Positions 53,067 to 64,000 of a stretch of DNA of 64,000 nt are shown in pieces. The stretch covers positions 558,001 to 622,000 of the forward strand of contig JBEWZL010000260.1 in NCBI GenBank assembly GCA_045837725.1, written 5' to 3'. The translations under genes and the position numbers were made by a program. The DNA is from Vermamoeba vermiformis (lineage: Eukaryota). Each line of letters begins with the position of its first letter. Positions within the stretch are counted from its first letter, which is position 1. The notes under the pieces were generated by a model. That model worked only from the letters and a program-made list of their open reading frames with translations, was not told the origin of the DNA and searched no databases.

Positions 53067-54163
53067 ATGGGTTGCGGCAAATCAAAAGAACAACAGCCTG
53101 AAATTGAAACGCTGCAGACTGATACTTACGATTATAAATATCAGATCTACCTGGTCGGACCTTCAGACGTTGGCAAAGCATCAATTATAACCAAATGGAC
53201 CGAGAATAAATTCCCTGCACCTGAAGGTAGTGATTATCAATTAAAAGATTTTTTTGTGATTTATTCAACGCGCCTTCGAAAATCTTCATTTTACTCGCGT
53301 CAAGAAATTAGAAAATTGTCAATACCGCGATACGATATAATTATAAATAATATTAATGCCTGGATCTGCTCCCAGATTTCACCTATTCAAAGATCGAGGA
53401 GAGCGAAGTGGCACGCGAGACACCACTGCGGGGCAAAGTGCTTAAAATAGGCAAAAAAGGTAGAGCCATTCGCTTTGATATTCAAGTAAGTGACCATACT
53501 GCAGTACTATCGGCTGTAGCCTCATCTACGCATGGGATCCAAACGATAGTTAACTCATTCACTATTAATAGGCCATTGAAGCAGATAAGAAGTTATACAA
53601 ACATGATTATGAAGGTTCGCTCAATCCATTCAGACGAAACAATTACACCAAAGGTAGCTAATTGAATTGATATTGCCTTGCGCTAGCTTGTTATCACAAT
53701 ACTGACTTGTCTATGCTTCATGCAGCTATTCTAGTAGTATTCGATCTTGACTCACGAGCTAGTTTCAAAAAAGCGCAAGAATGGCTTGGATTCTTGGTAA
53801 GACAGACTTCGACTTGATCTGCATGGCTGGGTCGAGCTAATGTTGGTTTTTTAATTTCAGATCGGTGAGAGTGTCGGATTAATACAAGGCAGAACGCTAT
53901 TGGTGGGCAACAAACTCGATTTAATGCCTGAGAAGCGAGATCCGCAGTTACACGTTACAAAAGAAGAAGCAGAAACATGTGTTAAGAGCTACTTTGGTGT
54001 TACTTATCATGAAGTCTCGGCTAAGGATGGTAAGGGCTCGTAATTACATTTATTGGGCGTTAGTTTACTGAAATTGACTCGGATTTGTACGACAGGCACC
54101 AATCTCGATCAAGTCCTCAATAGCATCGCTGAACAGACCTTCCTTACCTTCTCTCGGGGTTAA
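53067..54163 (+). CDS. Divergent Rab/Ras-like small GTPase with N-terminal acylation motif
   Basis: MGCGKS; G1-like LVGPSDVGKAS; ILVVFDL; G4 VGNKLDL; G5 EVSAKDG; ends ..TFSRG* without a prenylation Cys. Confidence 0.75.
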
Positions 54164-54418
54164 ATGACATAACGTTGTATTCTCAAAGTCCGAAATCAAG
54201 ATCTCTCCTGTATTTATTTGTGTAATATAAAACCTACTTGAAATTTTTGTGCATCCTGTAATCAGACCAATTCTTAGGTATAGCTAGATAACTGGTATGG
54301 TGTTTATAATATTATTGATTTATTTGAAACAATTACAAGATGAGTATCGATTTTTTCGGTGACTTTCTCGATCTGGGAAAAGTACGCGCCGATTCGACTA
54401 AAAATAACAAATATGGCC

Positions 54419-55565
54419 TTAAGCAACGAAGGTCTTCAAGTACTCTTGAGCGACAATACGAGCACGAGCGTTAACGGCCAACTTCATGGCTGAAATTTCA
54501 GCATCTACATCCTCCATAAACTGAATGATAAAATCGACCAATTTGTGCTTGAACATCATTTCAGTGTGGAAGTTAGTCACCAAAAAGCTCAAATCGTAAC
54601 CCTATGCATAATTAAACATTAATCTCTCGCGCTAGATCCAATAATCATTTTCATACGTACCTTAATAGCCTTTCGGCGAAGAATAATAAAGTTCTCAGCA
54701 CGTTGAGCCAAGAAGCGCATGAATTTCTTAGCCAAGATCTTTTCCAAGTCGTCAGCTTGCTTGACGGCAACGCTGATGCGAACAGAGTTGATCGAACCTT
54801 CAATCAAAACCTAACGCGAGAAATACTGTCAATAATTGTTCTCGTCATATCATTAAATTATAATTATATTTTTGAGCTATTTAAAACGAGTTCTTACTCT
54901 TTCATTTTCGTTTCTGGCGATAACAACAGGATTCAACAACAACTCGGGGTTAGTGCTATATTAACCATTAGAACCGTCTTATATACATTAAGTGATCACA
55001 TATTAAATTTTACAACAAATTTGAAGCTATTCTAACATGTCAAATTAAATTTTCTTTTCAGATTTCAACCAAAATATCTTTTCCAAATCATAAAGGCTGC
55101 TTCGTTAGATTCGAGGTGTATGAAATAATACATACCCGACTTCAATTTCAGGCTTGTTGTGTCTCTCAACGTCTTGAGAAGCGAAGTTCTGCAAGCACAT
55201 CGCTGCGGTGATAGCAGCTCTGATGGTGTTGAGGTAAGGAGCAAGAGTGCTTTGTTGCTTGGTGGCCTGTGTAATAGTACAATAGTTAATATTATACCTC
55301 TAATTTTCGTCCAGCTAAGACTGATTATATGTAAAATTGAAAAACAGATTTCGAATGCGAGTTTGTAATTTGATAACGGAAATTATTTGCAGCCAAATCT
55401 GATGCCAAAATTAATATGCTCGTGTCCAATATTATATAGCATATTAGCATCGTAATTGTAATTGACCGTTCGTCTTCAAATATTTTTTTCTCATCCAAAA
55501 AAATCTTTCGTTCGATCAGCTGGAGTTTTGTTGCCTATTTTGCAGTAATATCCATAACATACCAT
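54419..55565 (-). CDS. ARPC4: Arp2/3 complex subunit 4 (p20)
   Basis: [60 protein letters not shown]. Confidence 0.95.
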
Positions 55566-55824
55566 TATGAGTTGTTATTGTTGTGAGACTATAAAAAACT
55601 ACCGCTATCAGCGGAAATTGGCCTTGCAAACCAAATCTTTTTTCTCCGCAAGATTTTCACCCAAAATCAGATCTTTTCTGCAGACTACAAGGGTTCCTCT
55701 TTTTTTGCGAGTTAGGCTAATGCATGACGCAACAATGTGAGAAGCTTAAATAGCTCCGAGGAGAAGCCTTAAAACCCTTGAGGTCGCGAGTGAGCCAGAT
55801 TTCCATTGTTTCGAAAACGACAAA

Positions 55825-56118
55825 ATGGAAGAACAAACGAGCAGCAGTGCGACTAGCAGTTCAAATATCATTGGTGTCGATGTCAATGCTATTAACGATG
55901 CTAGCAATGAACCAACACCGTTCTACGAGCTGACTGCAGTCGATCACATCAACAAACAACTGCTCGAGAAGTTCAAAGACCATTTAGAGGTAATATAGCA
56001 CCCAATTAATTATGTGTAGTGTACTAATACAATATTATGATAGACTAATGTCATTAAAGTGGTGACAGAAGAGCCTGAACAAAATGGTGAATCTAGTGGC
56101 TGGTCGGATGACGAGTAA
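55825..56118 (+). CDS. Small acidic hypothetical protein (~79 aa)
   Basis: Two exons, MEEQTSS...ELTAVDHINKQLLEKFKDHLE/TNVIK...GWSDDE*, with a canonical intron. Confidence 0.5.
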
Positions 56119-56481
56119 ATGCTCCAAATATAATGTAAATAATATTAATATAATTATGTAGCATTAATAAAATATAAATTACGACATTCGTCGATAACCT
56201 CAAAAGCTTGACGGCTGATCGCGATCCATTTGTCTTAAAACCCTCCTTAGCGCAGGATACATATTGTCATTATGAGCACCGTTACCTCGTATATTATTGA
56301 TCATTGCGGTTTAACGGTGGGACAATTTTGACGAGAGTTCAGTGGCATTATCACCGTTATTTTTCAATAGACTCCCATAACAGTCAGTATTATAGACCAA
56401 CATTTGGTTATATATACTACTGCACAGTTATTAGAGTTTATTGACTATTTATTTATTATCTATCGTATCTTGTAATCAATA

Positions 56482-58361
56482 ATGCGTTATTACAATCTGG
56501 CTAAAACGAGAAAATATTTGCCCGCGATAGCAATAATAAGTGCCTCCCTATTGTCTATAATAGCCATTTATTTGGCTATCAATATGCTGACCCCTGGAGT
56601 AGATGACGGTAAAGTTTTGCAATCTGACGTCACCAGTGGATTACTTGCAAGTCACAGCCATTAATACGCGCATATTCCTATTATAGATATGGAGGAAATT
56701 TTAGTCTCGTTTAAAACGCGCTCCAAGCTCTGCGATCAGCCCCTGCCCACTTTAGATTCATACAAGGCACGCTACAGCACTGAAAAAATAGCCGTGTGGT
56801 TGTGGAATTACGTGAAGTTACATAGAGAGGTATTTATAATTATTAATAGTGCATTCTGATTATCAAATGGTCTGATCCAGTTTTTCAGATCATGTGCGCG
56901 GATTTTCCAACAGTGCCCCGACGTTATGTAGTATACCACGCATCAGCAGGACTCGCGAATAGAATGCAGGTAATTGCTACACTTTCCATGCTGACGTCAG
57001 AACAATTCTTTGACACTAATGCTGTGCTGCATCTAGTCGCTGTTCTCGACATTTATCTTTGCAGTGCTGAGTGACCGCGCATTGATCGTAGATTGGCGAC
57101 CACAGCCCAAGTCCCACACATGTTACGTGGCCAATTTGTTCGATTTTCCAGGTACGTGCCATGTCCTTGAAGTGTCGTGGTTGACGTGTGCCAATTAGAC
57201 TTTGACTGGACCTACAATCTGATTCGCCCACTGCTCGACGACTCAGTGATTGACCAGCACTCGATTAGACTCGCATTCGACGACCCCATGTTGCTGGATC
57301 CGTTCTTGTGTGCCAATGTGAGCGAGTACTATCGGTCCGTGCCCGTGATCAATCTGCACACTGACGAGTACTACACGCCCATGTTCGAGCACGGTTATTA
57401 TCACGACGCACTGCGCGAGGTGTTTGGCGACAAAGAGATCTTCACTGAAGTCGCGCCGTTCTTGTTTCGAGTGCGCGAGGAGATCAAAGTCAAGATGGAC
57501 AAGTTTGCGCAGGACGAGTTTGGGGACGCAGGATGTGCCCTCGGTCTGCAAGTGCGACAAGACGGCATTGGCGGCGTGAATGGAACGAAGGCAGTGCATT
57601 GGTCTTGTGGCCAAGAACTGCTGAACGAGCGCGCAGATCTCTCTGGCGGCAAGATATTTTTAGCTTCAGATGTGCAAGTGACACGTGACGAGGCTAAAGA
57701 GCTGTTCGGCGACAGAGTGGTGTTCTATCCCGTGCCCGTGCGTCACCAAGAAGACCAGACGTGTGATGAAGTTCAAGCTGCGCTGATTGATCTCCTGCTA
57801 TTGACGCGCTGCAAGGCCCTCGTTGTGTCTTCGTGGTCCTCGCTCGGTGCAGTGGCGCACAGTATCTCAGGTGTGAAGCCAATGATCGCGATACACAAGG
57901 CCCCTGGTGCGTCTGAAGTGAGCTCCATCAAAGAGTCGGAAGGCAATCCGCGGAACTATTGTCATCAAGTGGACTGGTCGCGGCCTTGTTTCTTCGAGTG
58001 GGTGCACGTGCGGCACTTGTCTTGCTTCAGCAGCGACATGTTCGCGAGTGAACCGTGCTGCGAGCTCGGCTTCTGCAAGCACTGTTTGCACCACGAACCC
58101 GTGGCAGTAGCGTTCTTGTCGTTCTATCACTGGCCTGCCTCGAAGATCCTGTTCACGTTGATTTTGATCACATTCACCACGTACGGCACTTACCGCTCGC
58201 TGCTCCACTACTTCATCCGACGCAACAACTATCGCGTCTTTGCACGAAACATCGCACTCGGTGTGTTGACTGTGATGACCTTGGTGTGGCTGCTCGTGGT
58301 GACTATAGTGCGCAGCGAATATGACAAATACGTCAGCAAACATTACCACATCACTTGGTAG
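56482..58361 (+). CDS. GT-B fucosyltransferase-like protein (GT37/GT23/GT11-like)
   Basis: N-terminal TM; AGLANRMQS..ALIVDW; LGLQVR; IFLASD; ALIDLLLLTRCKALVVSSWSSLG; two extra C-terminal TMs. Confidence 0.75.
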
Positions 58362-58425
58362 ACGAAGAGTTATTGGACCAAGTTTGATTTATTTACAACA
58401 ACAGTCAAAGTGAGCAGCTTAATTC

Positions 58426-60664
58426 TCACTTTAATGTTTGGATGATGGCTGCATTGACCAGCCCTGCTTGTTGCACAGTCTGCGTCAAGTCGTTCAGCAC
58501 TTTGCGCGGGAATGACATCATCAAGTCGTAGTTGTCAGTAATACCCGAGACACTACGCCAATTCAATCAGTAAATGCATTGTAATAGCACCCTTATTATA
58601 TTTACCTGTCAATATGATCTCGTATTTGTTGTACTGTGTGCGTGTGGTTGGCTTGAATTGACAACTTTTGACCATTGCCAAGTCGCACTTGAATCGTGGT
58701 CTGTGGTTGGCTTGGATCAACGGTGATTGGTTGTTTGTCACGTGCTTCTTGACCGGCTGACGGAGCTGCATCGAAAGGTGGCGGTGCATTTGTTGTAGAG
58801 CCGCCGAGCTTGAATCCTCCTTGCGCGAATTTAGGTGAGGTAGGCGTGTCATTGCGGTTGATGGCTTTGGGCAAGGGGCTGTTGAACATCTCTGGGCCCG
58901 TGCCTTTCATGTTCTGTAGCTGCTTCATGAACTGCATTGCTGCTTTCTTGTTGCGCTTTTGTTCTTTTTTCTTAGCTTTAACCTGCGACAGTAGTTAGTT
59001 CAAGTTGTAATCGACCATAATATGACTTTGACACGTACAATTTGAATCTGCAGTGCCAAGATCTGTGCAAACATGGCATTGCTTTTAGCTTTCTCCTCCT
59101 CGACGCCGCTCTTAATCATTTCTTCCTCAAGTTTATCCAAGCCTAGTTGGTTGTATTTGGCAATCAACACTTTCGGATTGTCCCACTTGTCTGCGGTCAT
59201 GTCGCCAGTGTCACGTGAGAATTTTGCCATTTCTCGCTCAAACTCCTCTTCCGAGGACGAATCTGAATCGCTGTCCATTTCCATGTCGTCGTCTTCGTTA
59301 GTATTGGCCAAGTTTCTAATATTCGAATTGGAGTTGGTTGTTTTGCTCTTGTTTGATGAACTCGAGTTCATGTCATTCAATGTCTTGACACCGCCCGTCA
59401 TTGCTGGCTTGGCCCGTGACACCTGTCAACAAAGGTCACTCATGAGTCCTCTCTGTATTAATGTTATAAACACGTACTGGACGAGCAACAGAGTCCTGTT
59501 CAGGCATGTATCGTTTCTCGCTCTCACGCTCTAAGGCATCGAGTCTGATCTTCTCTTTGAGCTGTTCTTTAGCAATGCGCGCTTTCTCTTGTTCAATTTC
59601 AACTTCGCGCATGTGACGGGACACTTCTTCCTCGCGTCGTTTGCGTTCACGTGCTTCAGCCTCTTCCTCTTCTTTCAGCTTGCGCATCTTGTCCTCAACG
59701 TGATAGGTCGTCTTCTCAAACTTGCCCGTGACTTTGTTGTAATGGCTGCTCAATGTATTCACGTTCAATTGTGCTGCATTCGTGTCAGTGGACTGAGGTA
59801 GAATGACGTCGCGCTTGATAGTTACCTTTGTACGGGTCAAAAGTTGATTTTTTATCGATATTTGGACCGCTATTAGTGGCAGTGTGGTCCATAATCTTGT
59901 TCGCAATCAATGTCACGATGGGTCGGTCGTTCAAAGTGTTAGCGGCCAAGTTGTATTTTTCAACAAAATTCTGTGCGACAAGGTACGGGTTGTCTAAGAC
60001 ACAGCTCAATATTACTATATATGGTAATAAATTCGTATTTACGGACCTGCGAGATTGTAGCCGAGAGCTTTGGGGCCGTCGGGGGTTTCGAACATGAATG
60101 CGTAGTCGTATTCAATGCCATCGCACCAATGTCTGAAGCCACACTTGCACGGTCCTCTGTTCTCAGTAGGATAGCCATCAATTTTCAAGCCAGCTAAAAG
60201 GTACGTGTCAGTAATAATAATAGAAAGGACACTAAGTGGATCCAATTCATTCATGAAATTTCGCTCATAATCAATAGCGGTGCTGTCTTCAATATAGTTT
60301 AAATGTTGATCAAAGCGTATTAACGCACCTTTCTTTGCTGCCATGGCAAACAGTTCCATCCCTTCAGAGAAGTACATTGTCAGTAACAAAACGCTCAATT
60401 AATATTATAATTTAACAGATAATATTATATTTCGAACAGAGCATCGATTGCAATTCCATAATAATTAAATTAAATTTCTTAATAAACGTATTTTTCTTCC
60501 TACTTGATCTAGGGACATTGGTATTTGACTGGTTGTTATTGGTCGACGTATTATCATCGTCATATAATTTTAAAGTATCTTCGGGTTCTGGTTCCTGTAA
60601 AATTCGGGTTAGATTCGATCCAAGACTCAAAAATCGCCTTTGGTGGCGTCATTTCACGTACCAT
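58426..60664 (-). CDS. UBX-domain p97 cofactor with PFU-like domain and SHP box (start inferred)
   Basis: PFU-like GIEYDYAFMFE..LGYN..DNPYLVAQNFVEKYNL; charged coil; SHP box FAQGGFKLGG; UBX TTIQVRLGNG..SFPRKVL..AGLVNAAIIQ. Confidence 0.7.
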
Positions 60665-60769
60665 TTGCGATGATAAAAATATCCCTCACGCTGTTTGATG
60701 TGCTCGGTCAGGGGTGGAGATAGACACTGAACTAGAACAGAAAATTCTTGATTTTATGTTCAATTTCGG

Positions 60770-61929
60770 ATGGAGACAGCAAGCAAACAACCTTTTGAAA
60801 AGAAAGACCATATTTCATTATTGACATATAATGTACATGGCTGGGGTGATGCCAAGCACAAGGCAAACTTTTCACGTGTAATGGAAATATTTTATTCACT
60901 ACAGCCTGATGTCATCGGCTTAAATGAGGTAATTATTAATAATTAGCTATAATTATGTATGTTCCATTATTTGCCGTATTTTTTGAAATATTTTAACTCC
61001 AATTTAATTTTCGACAGATCCGCGGTGATGAGAGCGTGTCTAGAGCAGCTATGAAACTCGGACCAGAATACCAAGCATTTGAAGGCATGATATATTCGAG
61101 CTTAGGCAATGCTATTATCACTCGCCTGCCTACATACTCAGAGACTGAAGATCTGACGCGGCCCAACAATCACATCAATGAGCTATTGTCAGCGGAGGGT
61201 GGTGAGATTAGAGGGGCACTGCGCGTGCCAATCAGCCAGCCCGAACTCGTCGGCGGCTTGCAGGAGGTAATATCAACTCATTTGGACCACTTGGAAGAGC
61301 CCACACGTGTAGCGCAGTGGAAGCTGTTGATGGAGCGCATTGACTCGCAACAACCGCACGTGATCATGGGCGACTTCAACGCACTCTGCAAAGAAGACTA
61401 TACGCGTAAGTAGCGAGTAGCTTGGCGTACAGGTTTCCGGGAGATGGACACTAACTATAATATTAAGGCGACTATATGGAAAATATTGCTAATGTGAGGA
61501 AAAAGAGTCATTGGTACGCGCGGTGAACGAGCGGATCTACAACGTGCCTCGAACTAATGTTCTGACAGGGAGGCACCACACTTCGATCTCTTAGACACTA
61601 TAGCGAAGAAGGGCTATGTTGATTGTTGGCGCAAGTTAAATCCTGAGACTAAAAACGTAAGTTGCTAGATCCAATGGAAAAGACTAACCAATCTCCAGCC
61701 CAGCACGTGTCGGTTTGATACGCGCATTGATTATATATTCGCCTCGCCAGGTCTCGTGCCACTGATAGACTGGGAGCAAAGTGACTGCAAGATAGTGCAA
61801 GACGAGGCTCAAGCGAGTGACCATTGGGCTGTGTGGTGCAAACTCGCATTCAAGTCCAACAATAGTGCTGTTGATAATGGCAAAGCAGACAAGTCGAGTA
61901 CAGAGCAAAAGACTTGCAACACTATCTAA
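60770..61929 (+). CDS. Endonuclease/exonuclease/phosphatase (EEP) family protein
   Basis: LLTYNVHG, DVIGLNE, GNAIITRLP, STHLDH, IMGDFN, RIDYIF, SDHWAV. Confidence 0.9.
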
Positions 61930-62047
61930 TAAAAAAATGTACATATGAGTGACCTTCAATTGAACCTACCAGGGCGGCCGCGTAGAACAAAATAGTCGTC
62001 GAGCGAGGTATTATTTAACATTTAATAATTAGACATACACATACAAC

Positions 62048-63541
62048 ATGGCAGACCGCGAAGCTAACATCCAAGCCCTCGAAGGAATGGGATTTACTCG
62101 TGAGAGGGCGGAACTTGCCTTAAATAAGACTCAAAATAGAGACTTGCAGTCTGCTTTGGATTGGTAGGATTAATACATAATATAACTTTGCGCTCAAAGC
62201 TTAGTCAACCAATTTCATACTGAATTCAGAAAGTTTTCTAAAAAGACCAAAAAATTCAAATAATTCGTCAGATCAGGTGGTTAATTCTAATAAATCAAAA
62301 TATCGATACCAATGACTAATGACCGTACAATAATATTTTTGTGAAAATTAAAATTTAAATTGCATAATTAATATTGGCAATTTCGGTCTCCGGAAAAATG
62401 ACGTCATAATTATTTACTGACCTTAAATAGGCTCCTTGCGCATTCCGAGGACGCTATGGATGTCGACAAACCCTCAGGCAACACGTTGGGCTCGGGCACT
62501 CCTGCACCTCCTGGCAGTGAAGGCAAAGTCTTCCACGAGGGATTCTTGTGCGATGGCTGCAAGGGCCCTATTTACGGCATTCGATACCGCTGCACCAAGT
62601 GCGACAACTACGACTTGTGCGAGTTGTGTGAGAAGAAAGGTAAGCTCTCCGAACGAATAAAATAAGGGACAATCAAGCGTTGACTCACGTGACTGCATTC
62701 AGGCGTGCACTCGGAGACTGAACACAACTTTTACATCATTGACCAGCCCGTGGACATCACACAACAGCCCGGTCCTCGTGAACTGACTGAAGAAGAGAAA
62801 GAAGCCGCGTTGAAGCGTGCTGAGGAGTTGATCAAAAAGCGCCGCGAAGAAAAGAGGAAACAAGAAGCGGTCGATGAGATTGAACGCGAGAAACGACGAC
62901 GTGAACAGGGCAAAGAGGCAGCTGCAGCACAGGCCAAGTGGAAAGAGGAACAACAAGCCCTTGCCATTGCCAAGGCTAAGCGCGTACGTAACGAGCGGCC
63001 ATTGATTCAAAACACTTGCTAACTTGACATGCTCTCCATTAGGAAAAAGAAGAAGAGGCTAAGGCACGCGAGAAAATCAGAGAACAAATCCGATTGGACA
63101 AATTGGCGCGTGAACAAGCAGAGAAGGGCATTGCTCCCACGCCCACACCCGTCGTACCTGTCCAACAAGTTGTTGTGCCTGCCAAAGCCCCCTCAGAGTA
63201 CACTGAATGCGCGCTGCAGATCCGATTAACGAACGGTGCAGTGCTCAAGAACACATTCAAGCCTTCGTAAGTATCAAAGGGTGTAGTTCGATCATACGTA
63301 GATATTAATCGACAATACAGCGACACGTTGAAGACCGTGGCAGAGTGGGTTGAAAAGAACAGAACTGATCCCAAAGGTCCCTTCGCGTTAATGACTAACT
63401 TCCCCAAGAAAACATTCTCCGGTGATTCTTTGAACACCACACTGCTCGCTGCTGGTACGTTGATGTTAAATCACATTTAGCAAAATTAATCTATTTTTAG
63501 AACTGGTGCCTCGTGGAGTTCTTGTCGTCACCAAAATGTAA
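62048..63541 (+). CDS. UBXN1/SAKS1-like protein: UBA + ZZ zinc finger + coiled coil + UBX
   Basis: UBA (LEGMGFTRERAELAL..ALDWLL); ZZ (CDGCKGPIYGIRYRCTKCDNYDLCELC); LTEEEK; UBX (LQIRLTNG..TNFPKK..LVPRGVLVV). Confidence 0.85.
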
Positions 63542-63744
63542 ATTGTAAAGGCTCTGTTGTAGTAAATGAACTATCAATAGAATAAGCCGTTATTGTGTCG
63601 CTAATATGAGCTCTTTATTAGTGAGAGCCTCAAAACTGCCACAACAAAAGTAAGTTTACAAAATAATCAAGCAATAATAATGTACAATCTTCGAGATCTT
63701 CTAAGGACCTCGACTCGCCAAATGAGAAGTGCATAGCTCTATTA

Positions 63745-64000
63745 TTATTTATGCTGTCTTCTTCCTCGGCTTTTTTTTTTCTTTTTACCCGATCTGATTT
63801 TTTTTTTTGTTTTGATTTTTTCAGTTTGATTTGCGTCGTTTAACGTCACTTCTGTCTTCTTCTTCGTAATTATTCCTGTTAGTACTGCCTCGCGATGGTG
63901 ACATGCTGCTTATTTTTCGCTTTAAAGTGTATTTGCCTGCTATTCTCTTCGCTTGTTTTGTCTTGACAGCAGCGCGCCACAACAACGAGCTGAGGAACTC
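63745..64000 (-). CDS. 3' end of a Lys-rich gene entering from beyond the window
   Basis: Open frame EFLSSLLWRAAVKTKQAKRI.. and a Lys-rich tail; splice pattern unresolved. Confidence 0.25.

Overview
This is gene-dense eukaryotic DNA, most likely from a free-living protist, with about 30 genes. Most introns are short GT-AG introns (40-55 nt), and 5' introns are often longer and AT-rich. Most genes are housekeeping: BRE1-like, CASP, GET1, Mis18, DENR, IleRS, ribophorin I, RUVBL1, Sec61-alpha, ASCC1, ATRIP-like, FAN1, an SH2-kinase, myotubularin, ARPC4 and two UBX proteins. The standout is an accessory-looking block at ~7.6-14.3 kb with four parts. (1) A 7-exon gene fuses a beta-rich, putative Ig-fold DNA-binding domain and an SV40-like NLS to a complete bacterial OppA-type (SBP family 5) oligopeptide-binding domain; it is a candidate eukaryotic one-component peptide-sensing transcription factor. 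(2) An uncharacterised enzyme-like gene. (3) A divergently oriented intronless GNAT. (4) A ~1.15 kb inverted-repeat/MITE-like structure. Other notable items are a leishmanolysin lacking its zinc ligands, a myristoylated Rab-like protein with degenerate G1/G3 motifs, a PFU-SHP-UBX fusion, and a strongly over-represented 12-bp palindrome TGACANNTGTCA. Gene models were spliced by eye and family calls rest on motif recognition only.
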